Part shown: positions 20,767 through 32,071 of the stretch, in pieces
How the letters are laid out: each line of letters begins with the position of its first letter
How positions within the stretch are numbered: the stretch's first letter is position 1
Origin: an uncultured delta proteobacterium
GTDB taxonomy: Bacteria > Myxococcota > Myxococcia > SLRQ01
Direction: 5' to 3'
Length of the DNA stretch: 64,000 nucleotides
Assembly (NCBI GenBank): GCA_963727485.1
Contig: CAVSGM010000001.1
Span: 160,001-224,000 of the forward strand
Notes under the pieces: model-generated
The model's input: the letters and a program-made list of their open reading frames with translations, nothing else
Told to the model about the DNA's origin: nothing
Database searches by the model: none
Position numbers and translations under genes: made by a program

Positions 20767-20805
20767 TTGACGATCCAGGATCGGAAGTCTATACGTTCGT
20801 TCAGT
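20767..20805 (+). promoter_or_regulatory. recA promoter (TTGACG-N17-TATACG) overlapped by a Myxococcus-type LexA box
   Basis: CTATACGTTCGTTCAGT at 20789-20805 matches 16/17 positions of the M. xanthus LexA consensus CTRHAMRYBYGTTCAGS (consensus recalled from memory). Confidence 0.8.
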
Positions 20806-20908
20806 GTTGGCGGTCGCGCCCCCGGTGTCAGGGGGGGCCGGTAGACTCCTCGCCGAATCATCGGAACGCCACTCGAAACGCTCCCACTCACGCACGAGGA
20901 CAGCTCCC

Positions 20909-21996
<1,088 letters not shown>

Positions 21997-22068
21997 GGCG
22001 GCGGATCCCCACCGACTTGCGAGCGGGTCACCCGCGGCCGGCCGCGTGCTCGGGCACCGAGAGGTGCT

Positions 22069-22395
22069 TCAGAGGGCGCGGTCGGCTTTCGCCGCGAGGA
22101 CGAAGTCGCTCTCGGTGAGGCCGTCGATCTTGTGGGTCCAGAGGTCCAGGCGGACCCGGCCCCAGGTGAGGAAGACGTCCGGGTGGTGGCCCTCTTCCTC
22201 GGCGATGGCGCCGACCCGGTTCACGAAGTCCAGGGCCGGCTGGAAGCCGTCGAAGCGGTAGGTCTTCGTCAGGTGATGGCCGTCCTCCACGGTCCAGTCG
22301 CCGCCGAGCTCGCCGAGGAGGCGCTGCTGCTCGTCCTCGGGCAGGGGCGGGACGCCGCCGCGGCAGGGCACGCACTTCAGGCTCGCGAAATCCAT
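22069..22395 (-). CDS. phhB: pterin-4-alpha-carbinolamine dehydratase
   Basis: [34 protein letters not shown]. Confidence 0.9.
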   Translation of the reverse strand: MDFASLKCVPCRGGVPPLPEDEQQRLLGELGGDWTVEDGHHLTKTYRFDGFQPALDFVNRVGAIAEEEGHHPDVFLTWGRVRLDLWTHKIDGLTESDFVLAAKADRAL

Positions 22396-22471
22396 GGTCG
22401 CTCCTCGGCTGGAAGGGCGGCGGCCGGGGTTCGGCGCCGACGGGGTCGAACATGGCCCGGAGGGGCGCCGC

Positions 22472-22500
22472 TTGCCAGCCCCGGGGCCGGCGGGGAGAAT
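22472..22500 (+). promoter_or_regulatory. putative sigma70-type promoter (TTGCCA-N17-GAGAAT)
   Basis: 17-nt spacer; argC ATG lies 8 nt downstream. Confidence 0.4.
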
Positions 22501-22508
22501 GCGCCGCC

Positions 22509-23603
22509 ATGAAGCAGGTCAGGGCAGCGGTCGTCGGGGCCACCGGGTACACGGGCGTCGAGCTCCTCCGCATCCTCGAGGGGCACCCGGGGGCCGAGGT
22601 CGTCGCGGCCACCGCCCGGGCCGAGGTGGGGACGCCGCTGCGCCGGGTGTTTCCCCAGCTCGGGCCCGGCGCCGGAGACCGGGTCCTCGAGGCCTTCGAC
22701 GCCGACCACCTCGCCGAGGTCGCCGACGTCGCCTTCCTCTGCCTGCCCCACGCCGCCGCCGCCGAGCACGCCGTCGCCCTCCTCGACCGGGGGCTGGTGG
22801 TCATCGACCTCTCCGCCGACTTCCGCCTCCGGGACGCCGCGGTCTACGAGAAGTGGTACGGCGCCCACCCCTGCCCCGAGCGGCTCTCCGACGCGGTCTA
22901 CGGCCTCCCCGAGCGCTACCGGGACGACCTGCGCACCGCCCGGCTCATCGCCAGCCCCGGGTGCTACCCCACCGCGACCCTCCTGGCGGTGCTCCCCCTG
23001 GTCGAGGCCGGGTGGGTCGACGCGAGGGGTGTCATCGCCGACTGCAAGAGCGGGGTCACCGGCGCCGGGCGGAGCCCCCGGGTCTCGAGCCTCCTCGCCG
23101 AGGCCGGCGAGGCGGTGAGCGCCTACGGCGTCGGCGGCCACCGCCACGCCCCGGAGATCGCCCAGGAGCTCGCCCGGGCCGCCGGGGCCCCCGTGCCCCT
23201 GACCTTCACCCCCCACCTGATGCCCATGGCCCGGGGCATCCTGGCGACCGTCTACGTCGACCTCGAGGCCCGGGACGGCGGCGGCGCCGGGGCGTCTGCG
23301 GGGGACAGCCGCGCGGCCGCCCTCGACGCCGAGAACCTCACGGAGATCTACCGGGCCCGGTACGCCGACGAGCCCTTCGTCGACGTCCTCCCCCCAGGCG
23401 AGGTCCCCTCCACCGGCCACGTCCGGGGCTCCAACCGGTGCGCGGTGGCGGTGACCCGCCACCCCGAGACCGGGAAGGTCATCGCCCTCTCGGCCATCGA
23501 CAACCTGGTGAAGGGCGCCGCCGGCCAGGCGGTGCAGTCGATGAACCTGCGCTTCGGCCTCGACGAGGCCGCCGGGCTCACCGGCCTCGGCCTCTTTCCC
23601 TGA
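22509..23603 (+). CDS. argC: N-acetyl-gamma-glutamyl-phosphate reductase
   Basis: GATGYTG, IDLSADFRL, ASPGCYPT, SGVTGAGR, HRHAPEI, DNLVKGAAGQAVQ. Confidence 0.95.
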   Translation: MKQVRAAVVGATGYTGVELLRILEGHPGAEVVAATARAEVGTPLRRVFPQLGPGAGDRVLEAFDADHLAEVADVAFLCLPHAAAAEHAVALLDRGLVVIDLSADFRLRDAAVYEKWYGAHPCPERLSDAVYGLPERYRDDLRTARLIASPGCYPTATLLAVLPLVEAGWVDARGVIADCKSGVTGAGRSPRVSSLLAEAGEAVSAYGVGGHRHAPEIAQELARAAGAPVPLTFTPHLMPMARGILATVYVDLEARDGGGAGASAGDSRAAALDAENLTEIYRARYADEPFVDVLPPGEVPSTGHVRGSNRCAVAVTRHPETGKVIALSAIDNLVKGAAGQAVQSMNLRFGLDEAAGLTGLGLFP

Positions 23604-23631
23604 GCCGCGGGCGACGCAGGCCGCCCGCGGC
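23604..23631. terminator. perfect 10-bp hairpin between convergent genes
   Basis: GCCGCGGGCG / CGCCCGCGGC with an 8-nt loop. Confidence 0.5.
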
Positions 23632-23641
23632 AGGTGCGCCG

Positions 23642-25324
23642 CTACTTCGCCGCGGTCTTCGCCGAGCCCGCCCCCCCGGCGGCCCGGCGGGCGCGCAGGG
23701 CCAGGCGCTTGACGTCCTCGTCGGCCTTCACGAAGTGGCTCTGCTGGCTCTCGACCTTGAGCAGCGCGTCGAGGCGGTCGGCGACCTCCTTGGCGGTGGC
23801 CGGCGCCGGGGTCTTGGTGTCGTCGCCGAAGAGGAGCTGCTCGATGGCCTGCATCTCGGCCCACTTGGCCTCGAGGTCGTCGTCCTTCACCGCGGCGAGC
23901 AGCGCGCCGAGGGTCTTGGGGTCGCGGATCATCCCCAGCTCCCAGGCGGCCTTCTCGCGCACCCGGCCGTTCTTGTCGGTGAGCTTGCCCGCCCAGCAGG
24001 CGGCGTCGCGCTTGCACTTCTGGGCGGCCACCAGCATCGGCCGGTAGCGGGTGACGTCGTCGTCGTAGGTCTTGATGAGGTTCCGGCAGTTCTTGGCGAT
24101 GGCCTTCTGGTCGCCCTGGAACCAGTTGGTGCAGACCTTGAGCAGGTTGTTCTTCTTGGTCACCGCGTCGTAGCGGGCGAGGTCGGCGGCGCCGCCGAGG
24201 CGCGCCAGCGACTCCTGGGCGTCCTGGCGGGCGGGGTAGCCCTGGCCGGTGAGGGCCGACTTCTCCAGGGCCGGGATGGCGCCGCGCTCGCCCATGAGCA
24301 CCAGGGCCTTGGCGTAGGTGTCGCGGGCGGTGACGTCCTCCTCGCCGAGCATCTTCTCGATGTCCCGGGCGGCCTTCCGGGCCCGCAGCCGCCCCAGGCT
24401 CTGGGCGGCTTGCATCCGCACCGCCAGCTCGAGCTGGGCCTCCTCGTTCTTGTAGCCGAGGCGCTTCATCAGGGCCCCGTCGGCGCGGCGGTCGGCCAGG
24501 TCCCCGAGGAGCTGGGCGCTCTTGGCGTAGATCGCCGCGTCGTAGATGCCCTTGTCCTTGGCCCACTTCATCAGCTGGGCGTCCTTGCCCGCGAGGATCT
24601 GCACCAGGGTGGGCACCGCCGCGTCGCCGAGCTGGAAGAGGGCGAAGCTCGTCTCCCGGTAGAAGGACACGCCGCCCCGCTCCATGAACAGCGCCTTGAC
24701 CAGCACCGGCATCGCCGACGGGTCCTGGATGTTGCCGAGCGCCACGATGGCGTGCTTGACGATGAAGTTGTCGACGCCGGGGTTCTCCACCAGGTCGGCC
24801 AGGGGCTTGACCGCGTCCTTGCCCCCGGCGTGACCGAGGGCCTCCACCGCGGCGAGGGCGGTGAAGCTGTCCCGGCTCCGGGAGAGCTTGAGGAGGGCGG
24901 GCATCGCCTGGGTGTCGCCGAGGCGCCCGAGGGCCTGGGCGATCTGGCCGTTGGCCCGGCTCGCCTCCTTGTCGGCCACCGCCGCCGAGTAGTCGATGGC
25001 GTCGATGAGGGGCGACACCGCCCGCTTGTCGCCGATCTCGCCGAGGAGGTAGGCCGCCGGGCCGCGGACCACCGGGTCCTGCTTGAGGAGCGGGAGGAGC
25101 GCCGGGACGTCGCCCTTGAGGTCCTTGCCCGCCTTGAGCTGCTTGAGGGCCAGGCGCTTGAGGCTGTTCGTCGCCTTCTTGACCTCGGCGGGCCGCTTGA
25201 GGGTCGGGATCCGCTTGGCCCAGCCGGCGACGGTGGTCGGCGGCTTGGAGGTGCAGCCGGCGGCGAGGCCCACGACCGCGATGGAGGCGAGGACGATCCG
25301 GAGACGACGGGACACAACCTGCAT
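23642..25324 (-). CDS. HEAT-repeat lipoprotein
   Basis: Lipobox LAAGC; repeated AxxLGxxGDxxAxxxL HEAT/PBS-lyase units. Confidence 0.8.
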   Translation of the reverse strand: MQVVSRRLRIVLASIAVVGLAAGCTSKPPTTVAGWAKRIPTLKRPAEVKKATNSLKRLALKQLKAGKDLKGDVPALLPLLKQDPVVRGPAAYLLGEIGDKRAVSPLIDAIDYSAAVADKEASRANGQIAQALGRLGDTQAMPALLKLSRSRDSFTALAAVEALGHAGGKDAVKPLADLVENPGVDNFIVKHAIVALGNIQDPSAMPVLVKALFMERGGVSFYRETSFALFQLGDAAVPTLVQILAGKDAQLMKWAKDKGIYDAAIYAKSAQLLGDLADRRADGALMKRLGYKNEEAQLELAVRMQAAQSLGRLRARKAARDIEKMLGEEDVTARDTYAKALVLMGERGAIPALEKSALTGQGYPARQDAQESLARLGGAADLARYDAVTKKNNLLKVCTNWFQGDQKAIAKNCRNLIKTYDDDVTRYRPMLVAAQKCKRDAACWAGKLTDKNGRVREKAAWELGMIRDPKTLGALLAAVKDDDLEAKWAEMQAIEQLLFGDDTKTPAPATAKEVADRLDALLKVESQQSHFVKADEDVKRLALRARRAAGGAGSAKTAAK

Positions 25325-25367
25325 GGCGCTCCCCCTGGGGACGAGGTGGATTGCCACTCCTATACCA

Positions 25368-26470
25368 TCAGCCCTGGGAGGTCACGGTCTCCAAATCCAG
25401 GAGCGCCGCCCGGATGACCCCGACGATGCGCTTGTTCTTGGGAATCCCTTCTGCATCCCCATGAGGACCGGGACCACGCTGGTGTCGCCGCAGCGCCCGA
25501 GGCTCATGGCCGCATAGCCCCGCAGGCCCACGTCCGGGTCCTCGAGGACGTGCTCGAGCACCGACACCGCCCGGGGGCCACCGGCGAAGCCCAGGAGCAG
25601 GATGGCCTTGGCCCGGGCGTCCCGGTCGACGAGGCCCTGCTCGTGCTTCACCAGGTCCTCGACGTCGAGGAGGTGGCTCATGGCCGTGAGGCTCCCGGCC
25701 GCCGCCACCTGCACCTCCGGCGCCTCGAGGGGCGCGGCCAGGCGGTCGGCGAGGGGGTCGATGAACCGGGGGTCGGGGTAGTGCCCGGCCAGGGTCGCCG
25801 CCTCGGCCCGGACCCGGTAGCTGGGATCGGAGAGGGCCCCGAGGAGGAGGCCGACCGCCTGCGCGCGGGGCCAGGTGCCCAGCACCTTGGCCACCGCCGA
25901 GCGCACCCCGGCGTCGGGGTCGCCGAGGAACTCGACCAGGGCCCGGCGGGCCTCGGGGCGGTGGATGTCCCCGAGCGCCGCCACCGCGACCCGGCGGACC
26001 CGCGGGGCGTCGTGGTGGGTGGCCTCCTCGAGGTAGGGGATGGCCCGGGGGCCGGCGAGGTCCTTGACCGCCCGGGCGGCGGCGTCGCGGACGAAGCCGT
26101 CGTCGTCCTCGAGGCCCCGGAGCAGGGGCACCACGCCCCGGGGGCTCCCGAGGTGGCCGATGGCCAGGGCCGCGGCGCCCCGGACCAGGTTCGAGGGGTC
26201 CGAGAGCATCGCCTGGCGGAGGACGGCGAGGTCGTGGTCGGCGTCGCCCCGGCGGCCGAGGATCAGGGCGGCCTCCATCCGGACCTTGAAGGCGTCGGCG
26301 TTGGCGAGGACGGTGTGGAGCTTGTGCCGGGCGCCGGCGTCGAGGTGGCCTCCGGCGGGGGCGGCGGCGGGGGTCGGGCTCCCGCCGGGGGCCGCGTCGG
26401 CGGCGATCGCCGGAGCGGCGGGGAGGAGGAGGCAGACCGCGAGGCAGGGAAGCAGGGCTCGGATGGGCAT
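25368..26470 (-). CDS. secreted HEAT-repeat protein (apparent frameshift ~25445)
   Basis: Signal peptide MPIRALL...AIAA; repeats VRxxAAxALG; C-terminus KNKRIVGVIRAALLDL in an adjacent frame. Confidence 0.75.
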
Positions 26471-26493
26471 CGGGCGCTCCGGGGTGGCGGGGC

Positions 26494-27057
26494 CTAGACG
26501 CCCTGGGTGGTGGCACCGGCCACCGACTGCCGCTTCCGGTCGCGGATGCTCTTGAGGCTCGCCAGGACCTCGGCGTCGGCCCCGCTCCCCTCGAGGGTGG
26601 TGATGGCCGCCTCCAGGCGCTCGGCCTCGGAGAGGTCCCGGGCCTTGAGGCTCTCCACCGCCTTCTCCAGGCTGGCGAAGAAGCCCTTGAGCTCGTCCCG
26701 CTTCCGCAGGGGGCGCAGGTTCGGGTAGGCGCCGTCGGCGACCACGTCGAGGTAGCGCTCCATCACGAAGGCCGGCCCGGCCACCCGGTGGGTGATGAGC
26801 ACCCCCAAAAGCCCCAGCGCCGCCATCATCAGCAGGGTCACGCCCACGTAGAGCCATAGGAGGTGCTGATCGGCCGCCATCACCTGGCTCTTGAGCCCGC
26901 TGTCCGCGAGATCGAGCATCTCGGTGTTGGTCTTGTGCGCCTCCCACATCCACGAGGTGAAGAGCAGGGAGATGGCCCCGCCCACGAAGGCGATGAGCAG
27001 CGTGTACTTGAGCTGGAACGATCGGTCGACGATGTATTGACGACGACGCTGCGCCAT
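26494..27057 (-). CDS. two-TM membrane protein with HAMP-like domain
   Basis: RRRQYIVDRSFQLKY, two TM helices, THRVAGP...LRKRDEL. Confidence 0.75.
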   Translation of the reverse strand: MAQRRRQYIVDRSFQLKYTLLIAFVGGAISLLFTSWMWEAHKTNTEMLDLADSGLKSQVMAADQHLLWLYVGVTLLMMAALGLLGVLITHRVAGPAFVMERYLDVVADGAYPNLRPLRKRDELKGFFASLEKAVESLKARDLSEAERLEAAITTLEGSGADAEVLASLKSIRDRKRQSVAGATTQGV

Positions 27058-27107
27058 GGGTGTCTCCGGAGGTGAGGGTGACGGGACATCCTACGACAGG
27101 GGAGGCG

Positions 27108-28262
27108 ATGTACCCAAGACGCGAGGCCCTCGAGGCGGTGTTCCGGGCGGCGGTCGACGCCGTGGACGGGGCCCGGCTCACCGGGGCGGCGCTCCGGCGG
27201 GCGCCCCTCGCAGGCCCGGTGTGGGTGCTGGGGCTGGGCAAGGTCGCCGGGGCCATGGCCGAGGGGGCGGTGCGGGTCCTGGGTGACGCCGCCGAGCGGG
27301 TGGTGCTGGCAACGGCGGCCGGGGCCCCGACCCCCGCCGGGGCCGAGGTCCTCCTCGGCGAGCACCCCCTGCCGGGCCCCGGGAGCCTCGCCGCCGGCCG
27401 GCGGCTGTTGGAGGTGGCCGCCGAGGCTCGCGCCCGGGGGGCGAGGTGCCTGGTGCTGGTCAGCGGCGGCGGGTCGTCCCTGGCGGAGGTCCCGGCGCCG
27501 GGCCTCGACCTCGAGGAGGTGGCGGCGGCCCACCGGCGGCTGCTGGCCAGCGGCGCGCCCATCGGCGAGATCAACGCCGCGCGCCAGCGCCTCTCGGCGC
27601 TCAAGGGTGGGGGGCTCGCCCGGGCCCTGGGGCCGGCCCTGGCCCGGGTCCTGGTGCTGGCCGACGTGCCGAGCGGGCGGGCCGGGGAGGTGGCCTCGGG
27701 GCCCTGCGACCTGGGGCCCCACGCGCCCTTCGACACCGAGGTCCTCGCCACCCCCGGCGACCTCGCCGCCGCCGCCGCCGAGGCCGCGCGGGCTCGGGGC
27801 CTGGCGCCGGTGGTGCTCCGGCCCGCCGCGGATCCGGTCCCGGGCCGGGTCGCCACGGCCACGGTGGACGCCCTCGCCGCCGAGATCGGCGCGCACCTCA
27901 CCGGCGGCGCCGGGCTGTGGATCGCCGCCGGGGAGGTGGGGGTCGCGCGGCCCGGGGACGGCGCGGGGCAGGGCGGACGGGCCACCCACCTCGCCGCCGC
28001 GGTGCTCCAGGCCATGGCCGGCGCCGCGCGCCCCTTCGCCTTCCTCGCCGGGGCCAGCGACGGCCGGGACGGCGACGGCGGCGGGGGCGCCGCGGTGGAC
28101 GGCGACACCGCCTGCGATCCCGAGGACCTCGCCGGGGCCCTGGCGCGCTTCGACACCGGCCCCCTCCACCGGCGCCTGGGCACGGCCCTCGGAGGCTTCC
28201 CCCCGCGCACCAACCTCACCGACCTCTACCTCGCCCTCGCGCCGGCGGGCCCCATGGACTAA
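27108..28262 (+). CDS. glycerate kinase-like protein (DUF4147/MOFRL)
   Basis: GLGKVAGAMA, GEHPLP, LVSGGGSSL, SALKGG, SDGRDG, TNLTD; GGAGG RBS. Confidence 0.75.
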   Translation: MYPRREALEAVFRAAVDAVDGARLTGAALRRAPLAGPVWVLGLGKVAGAMAEGAVRVLGDAAERVVLATAAGAPTPAGAEVLLGEHPLPGPGSLAAGRRLLEVAAEARARGARCLVLVSGGGSSLAEVPAPGLDLEEVAAAHRRLLASGAPIGEINAARQRLSALKGGGLARALGPALARVLVLADVPSGRAGEVASGPCDLGPHAPFDTEVLATPGDLAAAAAEAARARGLAPVVLRPAADPVPGRVATATVDALAAEIGAHLTGGAGLWIAAGEVGVARPGDGAGQGGRATHLAAAVLQAMAGAARPFAFLAGASDGRDGDGGGGAAVDGDTACDPEDLAGALARFDTGPLHRRLGTALGGFPPRTNLTDLYLALAPAGPMD

Positions 28263-28274
28263 GGTGCGCCGCCC

Positions 28275-29231
28275 ATGGGCACCTTCCGCATCGTCTACCT
28301 GGGGACCCCGGACTTCGCCGTGGCCCCCCTCGAGGCCCTCCTCGCGGGCCCGGACCAGGTGGTCGCGGTGGTCACCCAGCCCGACCGCCCCAGCGGCCGG
28401 GGTCGCAAGCTCACCCCCCCGCCGGTGAAGGTGGTCGCCGAGGGCGCCGGGATCCCGGTGTTCCAGCCGAGGAGCCTCAAGGGCGAGGCCGGGGACGCGC
28501 TGCTCGCCGAGCTCGCCGCCCTGGAGCCGGACCTGGGCGTGGTCGCCGCCTACGGGCGCATCCTCCCGAAGCGCTTCCTCGACCTCCCGCGCCTCGGGTG
28601 CCTCAACGTCCACGCCTCGCTGCTGCCCAGGTGGCGCGGGGCGAGCCCCATCCAGTGGGCCATCGCCGCCGGCGACGCCGAGACCGGGGTCACCATCATG
28701 CAGATGGACGCCGGCCTCGACACCGGGCCGATGCGCCACGTGAGGCGCCTCGCCATCGCCCCCGACGAGACCGGGGGGCAGCTCTTCGAGCGCCTGGCGC
28801 CGCTGGGGGCCGAGGCCCTGATGGAGGCCCTCGACGGCCTGCGCGCCGGCGACCTGCCGCTGACCGTCCAGCCCGAGGCCGGCGCCACCTACGCGCCCCT
28901 GCTCACCCGCGACGACGGGCGCCTGGACTTCACCGGCGACGCCGTCGCCCTGGCCCGGCGCATCCGGGCGTTCCAGCCGTGGCCTGGGGCCTTCACCACC
29001 CTCGGCGGGCGGCTGCTCAAGGTCCAGGGCGCCGAGGCGCTGCCGGCGGGCTCGCCGGACGCGGCGCCGGGCACGGTGATCGCCTCCGGCCCGGCGGGGA
29101 TCGACGTCGCCTGCGGCACCGGCGCGCTGCGCCTCACCCGCGTCCAGCCCGAGGGCCGCCGGCCCATGGACGCCGCCGCCTACCTCGCCGGCCGGCCGCT
29201 GGCCCCGGGCACCCGGCTGGGGGCCGCGTGA
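28275..29231 (+). CDS. fmt: methionyl-tRNA formyltransferase
   Basis: GTPDFA, TQPDRPSGRG, LNVHASLLPRWRGASPI, MDAGLDTG. Confidence 0.97.
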   Translation: MGTFRIVYLGTPDFAVAPLEALLAGPDQVVAVVTQPDRPSGRGRKLTPPPVKVVAEGAGIPVFQPRSLKGEAGDALLAELAALEPDLGVVAAYGRILPKRFLDLPRLGCLNVHASLLPRWRGASPIQWAIAAGDAETGVTIMQMDAGLDTGPMRHVRRLAIAPDETGGQLFERLAPLGAEALMEALDGLRAGDLPLTVQPEAGATYAPLLTRDDGRLDFTGDAVALARRIRAFQPWPGAFTTLGGRLLKVQGAEALPAGSPDAAPGTVIASGPAGIDVACGTGALRLTRVQPEGRRPMDAAAYLAGRPLAPGTRLGAA

Positions 29232-30581
29232 CCAGCCCCCGTCGCCTCGCCTTCGACCTGCTGATGCGGGTGGAGACCGGCGGTGCGTTTGCGGGCGTGG
29301 CCCTCGACGCGGCCCTGCGCCGGGAGGGGAAGGTCGACGCCCGGGACCGGGCGCTGGCCACCGAGCTGGTCTACGGCACCCTGCGCCGGGCGCTCGCCCT
29401 CGACTTCGTCCTCGGCCAGTTCTCCAGCCGGCCGGTGGACGGCCTCGACCCCAAGGTGCGCCAGGTCCTCCGCCTCGGGGCCTACCAGCTGCGCCACCTG
29501 CGCGTCCCCGACCACGCCGCGGTGGGCGAGAGCGTGAACCTCTGCCGGGAGGTGGGGGCGAAGGCGGCGGCGGGCTTCGTCAACGCCGTGCTCCGGGCGG
29601 TGGCCCGGGCGGGGGACGAGGACCTGGCGCCGCCCCTGGAGGTCGACCCGGCGACCCACCTGCTGGTCACCGAGGGCCTGCCCCCGTGGCTCCACGACCT
29701 CTGGGCGCAGGCGCTCCCGGAGCCCGAGGTCGCCGAGCTCGCCCGGGCGGTGAACGAGCCGGCGCACCAGGCCTTCCGCGCCGCCAATCCCGCCGCCCGG
29801 GACGCGGCGCTGGCCCGCCTCGCCGAGGCGGGGATCGACGCCGAGGCCACCCGCTTCTCCCAGGTGGGCCTGGTGGTCGCCCACGGCGCCGCCCAGGACG
29901 CCGTCCTCGCCGCCGCCCCGGCGCTCCAGCCCCAGGACGAGGGGGCCCAGCTCGCCACCGCCTTCGCCGTGGCCGAGGGGCCCGAGCCCCTCACGGTCAC
30001 CCGGATCCTCGACCCCTGCGCGGCCCCCGGGGGCAAGGCCTGCCACCTGGCCCAGGCGGTCCCGGGGGCGCACGTGGTCGCCGCCGACCTCCACCGCCGG
30101 CGCGCCGAGAAGGTCGCCGAGGCCGCCAAGCGCCTGGGCCTCGGGGACCGGGTCGAGGCCCACCCCGCCGACGCGACCAGGCCGCTTGCCCTTCGCCGAG
30201 GCGGCGAGCTTCGACCTGGTGCTCCTCGACGCCCCGTGCTCGGGCCTGGGGACGATCCAGCGCCACCCGGAGATCAAGCTGCGCCGCACCCGGGACGACC
30301 TCGCGCGCCTCGCCGACCTCCAGGGCCGGCTCCTCGAGCGGGCGGCGGCGTACGTGCGCCCCGGCGGGCGGCTGGCCTACGTGGTGTGCACCTGGAGCCC
30401 CGAGGAGACGAGCGAGCGCCTGGCGGCGTTGCTGGTGGCGCACCCGGACTTCCAGGTGGAGCCGGTCGCCGAACCGGGCCCCTGGGAAGGCCTGGTGGGC
30501 GACGACGGCGCCCTGTGGCTCTGGCCGCATCGGCACGGCACCGACGGGTTCTGGGCGGTGCGCCTGCGGCGGGCGGCCTGA
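29228..30581 (+). CDS. rsmB: 16S rRNA (C967-C5) methyltransferase RsmB/Sun (apparent frameshift ~30187)
   Basis: NusB-like N-terminus (GFVNAVLR), QDEGAQ, DPCAAPGGK, DAPCSGLG, YVVC, TDGF. Confidence 0.92.
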
Positions 30582-30607
30582 GCGACGCGGCCGGGACGGA
30601 ACCGATC

Positions 30608-31732
30608 ATGTGGCGGATGGCTTCGTGCGCAGGGGTCCTGGTGCTCACCGGGCTCCTCGGCGCGTGCGGCAGCGGGGCCCTGGGGCCCAGGGGTCCCGAC
30701 GGCTGCGTTCAGCTCGAGAAGGACATCACCACAGCGACGACCCTGCCGGCCGGCTGCTACGACGCGGTCACCCGCATCGCCGTCACCGCGCCGCTCACCC
30801 TCAATCCCGGGGTCACCCTTCACGTCCACGGCGGGAGCGTCCTGGTGATCGGCAGCAAGGACACCCCGACCCAGGGCAGGCTCGTCGCCAGGGGCACCGC
30901 CGGCCGGCCCATCTCAATCGGGGGCACCGGCCAGCCCGGGTCCTTCGGCGGGCTGATCCTCTACACCCCGGGTAACGTCCTCGACCACGTGACCCTCCAG
31001 GGTGGGGGGACCGCGGCCGTCGACGTCTACCCGCCGGGCGGGATCTCGGTGTCGCACAGCACCGTCGAGGGGTCACTGGGGGTGGGCATCCGGGTCGAGC
31101 TCGGTGGGGCCCTGGGTACGTTCATGGCCAACACCCTCACCGGCAACGGTGCTGGGCCCCTGGCCCTCCCCGCCGACCAGGTGGGCAAGCTCGACACAGC
31201 CTCCGACTACGCGGGCGACCACCTGGACGAGGTGAGCGTCTACGGGACGCTCTCCGCCCCCGCCACCTGGCGGGCCCTGGGCGTACCCTACTGGCTGGGG
31301 GAGCAGGTCGACGTACAGGCCGCTCTCACCCTCGAGCCCGGGGTCACGCTCGACTTCGACCAGGTCACCCCGCTCACCGTCGGCGCCGGCCACACCGCCG
31401 GCTCCCTCCACGCGGTGGGGACGGCCGCCGAGCCCATCACCTTCCAGGGGTCCGGTCAGCCCGGCTCCTGGGCGGGGATCGAGATCTTCTCCCACGACCC
31501 GGCGAACGTGCTCACCCACTGCGTGGTGCGGGACGGGGGCAACGGGACGACCCGGGGCTTCGACGTCGGCCTTGGCCAGCACGCCTACGCCAAGGTCACC
31601 CAGAGCGTCATCGGGGACAGCAGCGGCTACGGGCTCTGCGTGGTGTCGCCGCCAGCGACCCTGGTCCTGGACACGCCCGACTCCAACGCCTACGCACCGC
31701 CGAACGCGTCGGGGAATGTCTGCCCGCCTTGA
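30608..31732 (+). CDS. lipoprotein with parallel beta-helix-like repeats
   Basis: Lipobox LLGAC; two repeats LTLxPGVTL...LxAxGTAxxPIxxxGxGQPGSW/FxG. Confidence 0.75.
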   Translation: MWRMASCAGVLVLTGLLGACGSGALGPRGPDGCVQLEKDITTATTLPAGCYDAVTRIAVTAPLTLNPGVTLHVHGGSVLVIGSKDTPTQGRLVARGTAGRPISIGGTGQPGSFGGLILYTPGNVLDHVTLQGGGTAAVDVYPPGGISVSHSTVEGSLGVGIRVELGGALGTFMANTLTGNGAGPLALPADQVGKLDTASDYAGDHLDEVSVYGTLSAPATWRALGVPYWLGEQVDVQAALTLEPGVTLDFDQVTPLTVGAGHTAGSLHAVGTAAEPITFQGSGQPGSWAGIEIFSHDPANVLTHCVVRDGGNGTTRGFDVGLGQHAYAKVTQSVIGDSSGYGLCVVSPPATLVLDTPDSNAYAPPNASGNVCPP

Positions 31733-31849
31733 GCCTTGCCCGCCCGGGTGAACAGGAGTGGGGTGCACTAGGGTTTTTGGCCTCCTCGCGGAAGAGTCTG
31801 CGCTCCGGGTCACCGGATTCCGCCGCGCCGGCACCACCGGGAGGGTTCC

Positions 31850-32071
31850 ATGTCGAAGACGTCCTTGAGGCTGCTCGCCGTCGCCCTCGCCGGTCTCGTC
31901 GCCGCGTGCGGTCCCGCGCCCCAGAACAACAACAACGGGGGCGGCGGAGGCGGAGGCGGCTGCACCCAGGTGGCGAACGACATCGTTCTGCCCCGAGGTC
32001 GACGACCCAGGGGCCCGGGCGCCGCCGCCCTTGACCCGCCCGGCGCCGGCCATTACTCGATGCGGCCATGA
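31850..32071 (+). pseudogene. truncated lipoprotein remnant, paralog of the upstream gene
   Basis: GGAGG RBS, lipobox LVAAC; GCTQVANDI resembles GCVQLEKDI of 30608-31732, then the sequence loses protein-like character. Confidence 0.5.

Noticed and set aside
27446..31732. Apparent 1428-aa rsmB-lipoprotein fusion in the ORF track
   Set aside because: Artefact of the rsmB frameshift; rsmB has its own stop at 30581 and the lipoprotein its own signal peptide
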